Origin: Calditerricola satsumensis
Lineage (GTDB): Bacteria > Bacillota > Bacilli > Calditerricolales > Calditerricolaceae
Direction of reading: 5' to 3'
NCBI RefSeq assembly: GCF_014646935.1
Contig: NZ_BMOF01000014.1
Location: forward strand, 7,646 to 31,645
DNA length: 24,000 nucleotides
Of the stretch, positions 15,331 through 23,711 are shown piece after piece. The notes beneath the pieces are model-generated. The model was given only the letters and a program-made list of their open reading frames with translations. It searched no databases and was not told the origin of the DNA. Within the stretch, counting starts at the first letter, position 1, and each line of letters starts with the position of its first letter. The translations under genes and the position numbers were made by a program.

Positions 15331-16725
15331 CTACACCGAATAGTCGACGCGGGAAACGCGTTCTCCCGTCGTGCGAATCGAGGCGGTAGGAAGCGATTCA
15401 ACCGTTTCCTCGCCGCCATAGGCCGCGTGGGCGCGACGCGGCGCGCTATGCGGATACGGTGAGGCCCCACGGTGGCCGTGAGAGAAGCCGTGGAAGAAGG
15501 CCAATCCTCCGCTTGTTCCCTGGGTAACCGACACCTTGTCCAAGACCAGCCCCTGCTGTTCCAGCTGCCAGCGCAATTGGGGAATCTGGCTTTCCAGGGC
15601 CTCCTTTGCCGCGGGCGTGTCCACCGCAAACGCGATCGTCACATGGCCGTTGTGCACGACAAGCTGCACATCCACTTTGCCCAAGTGTTCGGGCACGAGG
15701 AAAAGGCGCGCTTCCGCCGCATGGCCGCCGGCGTGCATCTGCAGCGCGCGGAGGAGGACAGGTGCGGCCTGTTCGGCAAACCGCTCAACGGAAACGGGAT
15801 TGCCCGCCGAAGCGGCCCCCCACCATCCCGCATCGCGCGGCGCGAAAACGTTACGCACCGCGTCGGCGGAAAGCGCCGCCGCCGGACGCCCGTCGCCCGT
15901 CACGCCGCTTCCGGCCGGGTCGTCCGCCCGCCCGCGATGAGCGGATCGCGGCATCGCTCCGTCGTTGCCCAGGGCGATACGACCCGGCCCTCCTTCATCG
16001 CCCGCGCGCAAGGGCCCCTCCACGCTCTCCTCATGCCCCGCGAAGGCGGATCGTTCGGCTCCATCGGATCCTTCCGGAAGCCCCTGGGGCAGCCGCCCCT
16101 CGAGGGAAACGCCAGCAGCCTGACGTGGAGCGGCCTCGCCCGCGATCGGCTGGCCGGCATCGTCGGCCGCCGCAACGAGCTCCGCGGACAAGGCCACCGG
16201 GCCGCTTCCTGCCCCGCCTTGCGCAAGCGCGGGACGCCGATCCGGGGCAGCCGCATCGTCGACAAGCGCCCCAGCGGTCTTTTGGCTTCCCTCGCCGCGG
16301 TCCATCGCCGGGTGCGCCGGTACCGGATCATGGGCCGGAGCCCGTGCAGGACCCGGACCGGACCCGGCAGCCCGGTTACTGTCTGCTCCTGTCTCGCTGC
16401 CCGACACGCTGACCGGAAGGGCGGACAGCCCTGCTCCCATCAGCAGGAGGCCGGCCCATCCCGCAGCTTCGGCCTGTGCGCCGGCATCGGAAATTCCCCC
16501 TTCCCGCGCATCGTCGGCAAACGGCCTGTCTCCGGGAAGAACGGGAAGAACGGGAAGACCCGGGGCCAGGACGATCGGGGCGGAGCCTGTTCCGGCCACC
16601 TGCCGCAGGAAATCGGCGAAGGCGACCTCTCCTTGGGAGGAGCCTTGCCCCTCACCGCCTCCCGGTTCCGTGACGCGCGCAGCAAGCGGCTGTGCCGCGG
16701 GCGAAAGGACCGAATGGGTCGACAT
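15331..16725 (-). CDS. fliK: Flagellar hook-length control protein FliK
   Basis: 464 aa. Long low-complexity Ala/Gly/Pro-rich N-terminal part. C-terminal Flg_hook-type domain ARLFLVPEHLGKVDVQLVVHNGHVTIAFAVDTPAAKEALESQIPQLRWQLEQQG. Syntenic position. RBS AAGGGGGG. Confidence 0.88.
   Translation of the reverse strand: MSTHSVLSPAAQPLAARVTEPGGGEGQGSSQGEVAFADFLRQVAGTGSAPIVLAPGLPVLPVLPGDRPFADDAREGGISDAGAQAEAAGWAGLLLMGAGLSALPVSVSGSETGADSNRAAGSGPGPARAPAHDPVPAHPAMDRGEGSQKTAGALVDDAAAPDRRPALAQGGAGSGPVALSAELVAAADDAGQPIAGEAAPRQAAGVSLEGRLPQGLPEGSDGAERSAFAGHEESVEGPLRAGDEGGPGRIALGNDGAMPRSAHRGRADDPAGSGVTGDGRPAAALSADAVRNVFAPRDAGWWGAASAGNPVSVERFAEQAAPVLLRALQMHAGGHAAEARLFLVPEHLGKVDVQLVVHNGHVTIAFAVDTPAAKEALESQIPQLRWQLEQQGLVLDKVSVTQGTSGGLAFFHGFSHGHRGASPYPHSAPRRAHAAYGGEETVESLPTASIRTTGERVSRVDYSV
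16534..16560 (-). repeat. 9-bp tandem repeat x3 (gggaagaac gggaagaac gggaagacc) within fliK
   Basis: Read directly from the sequence. On the coding strand it encodes (LPV)x3 in ...APGLPVLPVLPGD.... Confidence 0.9.
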
Positions 16726-16740
16726 GAGTCTGTCCCCCCT

Positions 16741-17673
16741 TCATCGTTGCACGCCTTGTGGCGCCACGTTCAGCAGGAGGCGGGTGAGCCGCGCCACCAA
16801 CGCCGGGTGCTCTTTGGCCAGCTGGTCAAAGATGGCCCCGCGGGCCCCCGCGTCCATCGCCGCCAGCACGGCCACCGCGTGGTTCGGCTGCTGGCGGGTC
16901 AGCTCCAGCACCACCGCGGCCGCCTCCTTGGGCGACATGCGGGCCAGGGAGGCGGCCACCTCCTGCGCCGACGATCCGGCGCGGCGTTCGGCCGCGTCCA
17001 GCTGACGCTCCAGTTCGGCAATGCGCGCCTGAAGGGCCGCGATGTCGGGATCTTCCGCCGGCGTTTCGTTGGCCAGGCGCATGGACAGCTCGGCGGCGCG
17101 CTGCGGATGCATCTGGGCCAGCACCTTGGCGCGCGTTTCCGGCCGCATGCGCGCCAGGACGAGCGCCGCCTCTTCGCGCGTCATCGCCTCGAGAATGCGC
17201 GCCGCCTTCGTGGGAGGCATGCCGGCGTACAGCTGCGCCGTCTCCTTCAGTCGGGCTTCCCGCTCCTCGTCGGTGAGCCGTTTGCCGCGCAGGTCTTGCT
17301 GGAGCGAGGCGACTTTCTGGTTGAGGATCTGGATTTCCCGATCGCGCTCGGCCAGGCGCTCGCGCAGGGTGCGAACTTCCGCCTCCTTGGCCTGCAATTG
17401 AGCCTGCAAGACGGAGCGGTCTGCTTCCTCTCCTTCCTTCCCCGCCGGTTGTTCCGCGGCATTCGCTCCGGGTTGCTCGGGGGGATCTGGAACGAGGCGT
17501 GCAAGGCCGGGAACGGCGTTGGCCCCTCGCCACAGCGCGCCGGGGACGTCGACGCCGAGAACGGTGAGGACAATCCCCAGCAGGACGGCGGCAAACAGCA
17601 CGGGGAGCAGGACCACATAGAAGAACCATTCGCCCTTTCCGTATGGACGCTCGTCGACGCGTTCCACGGTCAC
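16741..17673 (-). CDS. YlxF/MotE-like membrane-anchored coiled-coil protein with two MgtE_N-like modules
   Basis: 310 aa, at the position of B. subtilis ylxF between fliJ and fliK. N-terminal TM (WFFYVVLLPVLFAAVLLGIVLTVLGV). Coiled coil (LQAQLQAKEAEVRTLRERLAERDREIQILNQKVASLQQDL). Module 1: MPPTKAARILEAMTREEAALVLARM. Second coiled coil and module 2: MSPKEAAAVVLELTRQQPNHAVAVLAAMD. GTG start overlaps the fliJ stop (GTGA). Confidence 0.72.
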   Translation of the reverse strand: MTVERVDERPYGKGEWFFYVVLLPVLFAAVLLGIVLTVLGVDVPGALWRGANAVPGLARLVPDPPEQPGANAAEQPAGKEGEEADRSVLQAQLQAKEAEVRTLRERLAERDREIQILNQKVASLQQDLRGKRLTDEEREARLKETAQLYAGMPPTKAARILEAMTREEAALVLARMRPETRAKVLAQMHPQRAAELSMRLANETPAEDPDIAALQARIAELERQLDAAERRAGSSAQEVAASLARMSPKEAAAVVLELTRQQPNHAVAVLAAMDAGARGAIFDQLAKEHPALVARLTRLLLNVAPQGVQR

Positions 17674-18134
17674 TCGCCCTCCCGCTCAAGACGCGCCGCG
17701 CGCACATACGCCAAGGTTGCCCGTTCATCGAGGACCTTCTGTTCCACCGCCCGCACGCGCGCTTGATGGGCGCGCCAGTAGCGCGCCTTTAGCCGCTCCC
17801 ACATCTGCGCTTCCTTCCATTTCGCCTGCAGCCGCTGCTGGGCGATGCGCACCCGCAGCTCGGCCTCGTCCACCCGCTGGCGCTGCCGGGCCACGCGCTG
17901 GGCGAGGAGCTGGCAGACCTGCTGGCGCGCGACCAGCTCGGCTGCCGGAAGGCCCTCGCGCTGCCGCTCCAGCAGTGCGCGCTGTGCGTCCGCCAGTTCG
18001 GCCTCCAGCGCCTCGAGGCGGCGCCGCTCCTCGACCAACAGGCGCAACGCTTCGGCCGCTTGCCGGGCCGCCAGCTCCTGTTCCCTGTGCCGCAGCGAAC
18101 GCAGGTGTTCCCACGGAAAGACGAACGCGCTCAT
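17670..18134 (-). CDS. fliJ: Flagellar export chaperone/ATPase stalk protein FliJ
   Basis: 154-aa all-helical Arg/Glu/Ala/Gln-rich protein directly after fliI (ATGA overlap). The WKEAQMWERLKARYWRAH segment resembles the FliJ family C-terminal region. Confidence 0.82.
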   Translation of the reverse strand: MSAFVFPWEHLRSLRHREQELAARQAAEALRLLVEERRRLEALEAELADAQRALLERQREGLPAAELVARQQVCQLLAQRVARQRQRVDEAELRVRIAQQRLQAKWKEAQMWERLKARYWRAHQARVRAVEQKVLDERATLAYVRAARLEREGE

Positions 18135-19459
18135 AGCCCGATCTCCCCAAACCGTCGAATCAGTTCGGCCACCGTTTCGGCATAGGGCGCCGGCTCGTCA
18201 GGCGATTGCCGAGTGAAACGGCGCACGGCGTCGATGTGCTGCAAGGCGATATCCAGCTCGCGGCTCGTCCCCCGCTTGTAGGCGCCGATTTGCACCAGGT
18301 CTTCGGCGTCCTTGTGCAAGGCGAGGATGCGGCGCACGTTCTCTGCGGCGCGCATGTGGTCGGGGCTGACGATGTCCCGCATCACCCGGCTCGCACTGGC
18401 CAACACGTCAACCGCCGGAAAATGGCCGCGGTTGGCCAGCGCGCGGTCGAGGACAATGTGGCCGTCCAGTATGCCGCGCACGGCGTCGGCGATCGGATCG
18501 TTCAAGTCGTCGCCGTCCACCAGCACGGTGTAAAAGGCGGTGATGGAGCCCGCGCCGCTCGTGCCCGCGCGCTCCAACAGGCGCGGCAACGCCGCAAACA
18601 CCGAGGGCGTGTAGCCCTTCGTTGTCGGGGGCTCCCCCACGGCCAGCCCCACTTCGCGCAGGGCCATGGCATAGCGGGTGACCGAGTCCATCAGCAGCAT
18701 GACGTGCCGGCCCTGGTCACGAAAGGCCTCGGCGATGGCCGTGGCCACCAGGGCGCCTTTGATGCGGATCAGCGCCGGCTGGTCCGATGTGGCCACCACG
18801 ACGACGCTGCGGGAAAGCCCCTCGGGCCCCAGATCCCGCTCCAAAAAGGCGCGCACCTCGCGTCCCCGCTCGCCGATGAGGGCGATGACGTTGACATCGG
18901 CCTCCGTGTGGCGGGCCACCATGCCCAAGAGCGTGCTCTTTCCCACCCCGCTGCCGGCGAAGATGCCGACGCGCTGGCCCCGGCCTACGGTGAGCAGGCC
19001 GTCGATCACGCGCACCCCCACGCCAACGGGTTCGGCGATCGGCGGGCGCTCGAGGGGCGACGGCGGGGCGCGGTCAACGGGAACGCGCGCGGCCGCGTGG
19101 AGGGGTGGCCCGTCGTCGATCGGCTCGCCCAGGCCGTTCAACACCCGGCCGAGCAATTGGGGGCCTGCCGGCGCCGTGAGCGGATGGCCGGTGGCCACCA
19201 CGTCGCATCCCGGCCCCACGGCACCCAGATCCCCCAGCGGCATCAGGAGGACGCGGTTGTGCCGGAACCCCACCACCTCGGCCCGCACCGGCGGCCCCTC
19301 GCGCGACGGAAAGAGGGTGCACAGCTCGCCAATGCGCACATCCGGCCCGATCGACTCGACGGTCAGTCCGATCACCTGCACCACCTGGCCGTGCACGCGC
19401 ACCGGATCCACTTTGCGCAGCACGGCGCGGTACTTTTCAAGAGACGGTTTCCACGACAT
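18131..19459 (-). CDS. fliI: Flagellum-specific ATPase FliI
   Basis: 442 aa. Walker A GIFAGSGVGKSTLLGM. Walker B HVMLLMDSVTRYA. F1/T3SS-ATPase architecture. Confidence 0.97.
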   Translation of the reverse strand: MSWKPSLEKYRAVLRKVDPVRVHGQVVQVIGLTVESIGPDVRIGELCTLFPSREGPPVRAEVVGFRHNRVLLMPLGDLGAVGPGCDVVATGHPLTAPAGPQLLGRVLNGLGEPIDDGPPLHAAARVPVDRAPPSPLERPPIAEPVGVGVRVIDGLLTVGRGQRVGIFAGSGVGKSTLLGMVARHTEADVNVIALIGERGREVRAFLERDLGPEGLSRSVVVVATSDQPALIRIKGALVATAIAEAFRDQGRHVMLLMDSVTRYAMALREVGLAVGEPPTTKGYTPSVFAALPRLLERAGTSGAGSITAFYTVLVDGDDLNDPIADAVRGILDGHIVLDRALANRGHFPAVDVLASASRVMRDIVSPDHMRAAENVRRILALHKDAEDLVQIGAYKRGTSRELDIALQHIDAVRRFTRQSPDEPAPYAETVAELIRRFGEIGL

Positions 19460-20285
19460 CGTCGCTCCCCTCGGGCGCGCGTTCCTTGGCCACCGCCATC
19501 AAGGCCTGCCGCACCGCTTCCAACTGGTGATCAAGGCGGGCGTCAATCGTGCCCAGCGACGTTTTGACCAAGCAGCCGCCGCGCTTCACCGCCTCATCGG
19601 GATAAACCACCAGCTCCGTCTGCGGCGAGAGCGCGTCGGCGAGCAGCGCGCGACCGTCCAGGACGATCGGGTAGTCGTCGGGGTGAACGTACACGGCCAC
19701 TTCCGTCCGTTCCCGCGACCGCTTGAGCGCGTTGCGCACGACGGTGAGCACCGTCTCGGGGGCCAAGGCCAAGTGCTCCCCGATGAGCTTTTCGGCGATG
19801 GCCACCGCCAGCTCAACGAGAAACGGCTCCGCTTCGGCGATGACGCGGGCCTTTTCCTGTTGGGCGAGGGCCACCGTCTCCCGGGCCTTCCGCAAGGCGG
19901 CTTCCCACTCGCGCCGGGCCGCCTCGCGTCCTTCGGCCAGCCCTTGGGCGTAGCCCGCTTCATACGCCTCTTGCCGCACGCGCTCGCGCAACGCCTCGTC
20001 CTCGCGGCGCCGCTCTTCCCACCACCGGGCGATGCGCTGCTCCGCTTCAGCCAGCCGCGCAGCGGCTTCTACTTCCGCCGCCGCCAGACGCTCGGCGGCG
20101 AGCCGTTCGGCCTGGGCGCGCAACTCGGCGGCGTCGGCGGCGTTCCGGGTTCCGGCGTCCTCCACGGACGGCGCATCAGAGCGCTGCGCTGCCGGATCCC
20201 CCCCGTCGGCCGCGGGGTCTTTCCAGGCGAGCACCACGCCCGCATCCGACCGCACGCAACTGAGCGCCTTGATCACCCTAGACAA
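19437..20285 (-). CDS. fliH: Flagellar export apparatus protein FliH
   Basis: 282 aa. Glu/Ala/Arg-rich coiled-coil centre (AERLAAERLAAAEVEAAARLAEAEQRIA; EAYEAGYAQGLAEGREAARRE). FliH/YscL-type C-terminal domain (VAVYVHPDDYPIVL...GGCLVKTSLGTIDARLDHQLEAV). TTG start at 20285; an alternative GTG lies at 20276. The 3' end overlaps fliI by 23 nt. Confidence 0.86.
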   Translation of the reverse strand: MSRVIKALSCVRSDAGVVLAWKDPAADGGDPAAQRSDAPSVEDAGTRNAADAAELRAQAERLAAERLAAAEVEAAARLAEAEQRIARWWEERRREDEALRERVRQEAYEAGYAQGLAEGREAARREWEAALRKARETVALAQQEKARVIAEAEPFLVELAVAIAEKLIGEHLALAPETVLTVVRNALKRSRERTEVAVYVHPDDYPIVLDGRALLADALSPQTELVVYPDEAVKRGGCLVKTSLGTIDARLDHQLEAVRQALMAVAKERAPEGSDDVVETVS

Positions 20286-21288
20286 CGATCTCGTCGCCTC
20301 CTCCGCGCGAGATGATCACTTCGCCCGCCTCCTCGAGGCGCCGGATGACCGCGACGATGCGCGACTGGGCCTCCTCCACGTCGCGGAGGCGCACCGGACC
20401 CATGTATTCGAGCTCTTCGCGGAAGGCTTCGGCCATCCGCTTCGACATGTTTCGAAAGATGGCCTCGCGCACTTCCTCGCTGGCCACCTTGAGGGCCAGT
20501 TGCAAATCGCGCTGATCCACCTCGCGGATGACGCGCTGGATGGACCGGTCGTCCAAGGTGACGATGTCCTCGAACACGAACATGCGCTTTTTGATCTCTT
20601 CCACCAGGTCGGGGTCCTCCACTTCCAGGGTGTCGAGGATCGTGCGCTCCGTGGCGCGGTCGACGCGGTTGAGAATGGCCACAATGGCCTCGATGCCGCC
20701 GGCGGCCAGGTAATCGTGGGACACGTTGGCGGCCAGCTTCTGCTCCAGGATGTGCTCGACCTGGCTGATCACCTCGGGCGATGCGCGGTCCATCAGGGCG
20801 ATCCGCCGGGCAATGTCGGCCTGAGAGGCCGGCGGCAGGGCGGAGAGGATGACGGCCGCCTGCTCCGGCTGCAAGTAGGAGAGGACGAGGGCGATGGTCT
20901 GGGGATGTTCATTCTGAAGGAAGTTGAGCACTTGGCCGGGATCGGCCTTGCGGATCGTGTCGAAGGGCCGCACCTGGAGGTTGGCCGTCAGCCGGTTGAG
21001 AATGCGCAGCGCCTTTTCCTCGCCGAGGGCCTGTTCCAACACTTGCTTGGCGTACAGAATCCCGCCTTGCTCAATGTACGCCTGGGCGCGGGCCATCTCC
21101 TGAAATTCGGCCAGCACGGCCTCTTTCTCCTCCGGGTCGACCTTGCGCATGCTGGCGATCTCCAGCGTGAGCTGTTCGATCTCCTCCTCGGTGAGGTGTT
21201 GGAAGATCCGCGCGGACACCTCGGAACCGAGGCTGATGAGCAAGATGGCCGCCTTCTGCAACCCGCTGAGGTGCTTGCGCCGCGCCAC
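20278..21288 (-). CDS. fliG: Flagellar motor switch protein FliG
   Basis: 336 aa: LSGLQKAAILLISLGSEVSARIFQHLTEEEIEQLT.... C-terminal torque-generating domain with RDLQLALKVASEEVREAIFRNMSKRMAE. GTG start with AGGAGGGA 6 nt upstream. Confidence 0.97.
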   Translation of the reverse strand: MARRKHLSGLQKAAILLISLGSEVSARIFQHLTEEEIEQLTLEIASMRKVDPEEKEAVLAEFQEMARAQAYIEQGGILYAKQVLEQALGEEKALRILNRLTANLQVRPFDTIRKADPGQVLNFLQNEHPQTIALVLSYLQPEQAAVILSALPPASQADIARRIALMDRASPEVISQVEHILEQKLAANVSHDYLAAGGIEAIVAILNRVDRATERTILDTLEVEDPDLVEEIKKRMFVFEDIVTLDDRSIQRVIREVDQRDLQLALKVASEEVREAIFRNMSKRMAEAFREELEYMGPVRLRDVEEAQSRIVAVIRRLEEAGEVIISRGGGDEIVV

Positions 21289-21300
21289 GCCTCATCCCTC

Positions 21301-22905
21301 CTACTCTTCCGACAACCAGGCCCGAAGCAGCTTGACAAATTCTTCGGGACGTTCGCGCGCCAACTGCTCGACGCGGTGGAAGGGGGCATTCTCCTCCGGC
21401 TGCGGCTCTTGATCGGCCGGAAGATCGCGAACCACGGGGAGGTCGACCGGAACATCCGGCGCAGGCGCGTTCCGCCGCCGGCGAACGATCGTGTAGGTGG
21501 CCGCCCCGGCCGCGGCAACCGCCGCCGCGCCGAGCCCGTACCACAGGACGTCGCGCCAGCCGCTTTCTTCCTCCGCCGTCACTTTTCCCTGGAGCGGGGA
21601 CGGCATCACGGTGATGCGGCTGTCGATCTCCGCGTCGGTCAGCTGTCGCCCTTCGGTCCCGCCAAGCACCGCCCGCACCACCCCGCGGAGCATGTCGCGC
21701 ACCTGCTGCTGCGTTTCCGGTGAAAGGGAGTTCGGGTTCGCGGGATCGGGGGGTTCGATGCCGACGGAGATGGCCACATCTTCAATGGCGTACGGGCTGC
21801 GCGCGATCTCCTGCTTGATGCGGTTGAACTCCCGGTTCACGCGGTCTTCGGTCCGCTCGTAGGACTGGTTGCCGCTGCCGGTCACCCCCGGGTAACTGGG
21901 AATGTCGGTGCTGCCTGTTCCGGCGATCCCGCCCGGCACGGCCCCTTCGCCGCTCGCCGATTCGGCGACATGCTCTTCGCTCACCACCAGCCCCTCATCC
22001 CGGCCCGCCGGCGGCTCGACGAGCTGCCGCGTTTCCTGAACGCGGTCAAAATTGACCTTGGCCACGACGGACACAACCACGCGGTCATGTCCGAACACTG
22101 TACCGAGCAGGGATTGCAATTTGCTTTGCAAATGTTTTTCAATCTGCTGGCGGATTTTCTCCTGATCCAGGGCTGCGGTCGCGCTGTCGGCGTCGGGTGC
22201 ATTCGGGTACTCGAGCAGCCGCCCGTACTGGTCGGTGATGACGATGTTCTCCACCGGCAAGTTCGGCACGCTGCGCGACACCAAGTGGTACAAGGCGCGC
22301 ACCCGGTCGGGCGAAGGCTGATACCCCGGCTCAATGGTGAGCACAACCGACGCCGAGGCCTCCTGCTGCTCTTCGCCGACCCACATGCGTTCCTTTGGCA
22401 GCGTGATCATGACGCGCGCCTTCTGGATCCAATCGACACCGTTTTCCAGAAGGCTTTCGATCTCGCCCTGGATCGCATCGCGCTCCAGCACATCGAACTG
22501 CCGATCGGTCACGCCAAAGGGCAGCTTGTCCAAAAAGGTGTCGTACCGGATCGACGCGCTGTGCGGCAGACCTTGCGCCGCCAGATCGAGCAGGACCCGA
22601 TCGCGTTCCGTTCGCGGCACTTCAATGGAATGTCCGCCCGCCGTGATGCGGTACGGAACGCCCATCTTCTCGAGTTGGGCCTTGATTTGCCCCAATTCTT
22701 CCTGGGAAAGGTTTTCCGTGTAGAGCGGCACATACTCCGGCTGCGCGACCAGGGCCACCGACATCGCGGCAGAAGCCACGACAAAGAACACCGTTGCCCC
22801 AAGAAGGACCTTCTGCTTGCGCGACAGCCGTTGCCACAGCGCGATGCCTTGGCGTCTGATGCGTTCGATTCTCTCTCTCATCCTTGCGTATTGATCGGTC
22901 GACAT
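21301..22905 (-). CDS. fliF: Flagellar MS-ring protein FliF
   Basis: 534 aa. N-terminal TM (VLLGATVFFVVASAAMSVALV). Periplasmic ring-building region (YVPLYTENLSQEELGQIKAQLEKMGVPYRI). Second TM (VLWYGLGAAAVAAAGAATYTIV). C-terminal FliG-binding tail (VEQLARERPEEFVKLLRAWLSEE). Confidence 0.96.
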   Translation of the reverse strand: MSTDQYARMRERIERIRRQGIALWQRLSRKQKVLLGATVFFVVASAAMSVALVAQPEYVPLYTENLSQEELGQIKAQLEKMGVPYRITAGGHSIEVPRTERDRVLLDLAAQGLPHSASIRYDTFLDKLPFGVTDRQFDVLERDAIQGEIESLLENGVDWIQKARVMITLPKERMWVGEEQQEASASVVLTIEPGYQPSPDRVRALYHLVSRSVPNLPVENIVITDQYGRLLEYPNAPDADSATAALDQEKIRQQIEKHLQSKLQSLLGTVFGHDRVVVSVVAKVNFDRVQETRQLVEPPAGRDEGLVVSEEHVAESASGEGAVPGGIAGTGSTDIPSYPGVTGSGNQSYERTEDRVNREFNRIKQEIARSPYAIEDVAISVGIEPPDPANPNSLSPETQQQVRDMLRGVVRAVLGGTEGRQLTDAEIDSRITVMPSPLQGKVTAEEESGWRDVLWYGLGAAAVAAAGAATYTIVRRRRNAPAPDVPVDLPVVRDLPADQEPQPEENAPFHRVEQLARERPEEFVKLLRAWLSEE

Positions 22906-22937
22906 GGCTCACCCGAGAAAACCGTTGGAAAGATTGC

Positions 22938-23231
22938 TTACAACGGCATGCGGAACACGTCTTGATACGCCTCAATGGCCTTGTTGCGCACATGCACCGC
23001 AAGCTGCAGGCCAAGGGAGGCCTTCTGCAATGCGAGAAACAGGTTGTGCAGATTCGCCACATCCCCGGCGGCCAGCCGCAGCGCCGCGCGCTCGGCGTTC
23101 ACCTGGTCAGCGTTGAGCCGATCAAGGGCCTGGGCCAGCCAATCGGCGAACGACGTGGCGGCCTTGTCCGCAAGCCGCCCGTCATTCGACGAAAGCCCGA
23201 GGCCAACGGGCTTTGCCCCGGTGACCTGCAT
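22938..23231 (-). CDS. fliE: Flagellar hook-basal body complex protein FliE
   Basis: 97 aa: SFADWLAQALDRLNADQVNAERAA...LHNLFLALQKASLGLQLAVHVRNKAIEAYQDVFRMPL. RBS AAGGAGGGA. Confidence 0.92.
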   Translation of the reverse strand: MQVTGAKPVGLGLSSNDGRLADKAATSFADWLAQALDRLNADQVNAERAALRLAAGDVANLHNLFLALQKASLGLQLAVHVRNKAIEAYQDVFRMPL

Positions 23232-23262
23232 CCTGCTTCCCTCCTTGCGCGTTCTGCAAACC

Positions 23263-23709
23263 TCAACGGCCCAGTTCCAGGGCTTTGGTCAGCATGGCCT
23301 TCCCCGCCTGAAACGCGGCGACGTTGGCCTCGTACGCGCGCGTGGCGGCGATCAAGTCGGCCATCTCCTTGACAATGTCCACGTTGGGGAGCCGTACGTA
23401 CCCATCCGGCCCCGCGTCGGGATGGGTCGGGTCGTACACCAGGCGCGGCGGCGTCGGGTCGTCGACGATGCGGCTCACCTGCACCCCCGCGCCAACCTCC
23501 GCCTGCCGGCCAATAGCTTGGGCCAAGTACGAGGCAAACGGCGTGCGCGGCTCAAAAACCACCAGCTTGCGCACATACGGCTGCCACGTGCCGTTCACCA
23601 GCCGGGCGCGGGTGGTCGTCGCGTTGGCGATGTTCGACGCGATGACATCCATGCGCACGCGCTCGGCGGTGAGCGCCGAGGCGCTGATGTCAAGCGGCGA
23701 GAGCACCAC
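23263..23709 (-). CDS. flgC: Flagellar proximal rod protein FlgC
   Basis: The track ORF extends to 23790 across the flgB 3' end. GTG at 23709 lies 2 nt after the flgB TAA, with GGGAGG upstream. Conserved LDISASALTAERVRMDVIASNIANATTTRA...PNVDIVKEMADLIAATRAYEANVAAFQAGKAMLTKALELGR. Confidence 0.93.
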   Translation of the reverse strand: MVLSPLDISASALTAERVRMDVIASNIANATTTRARLVNGTWQPYVRKLVVFEPRTPFASYLAQAIGRQAEVGAGVQVSRIVDDPTPPRLVYDPTHPDAGPDGYVRLPNVDIVKEMADLIAATRAYEANVAAFQAGKAMLTKALELGR

Positions 23710-23711
23710 CG

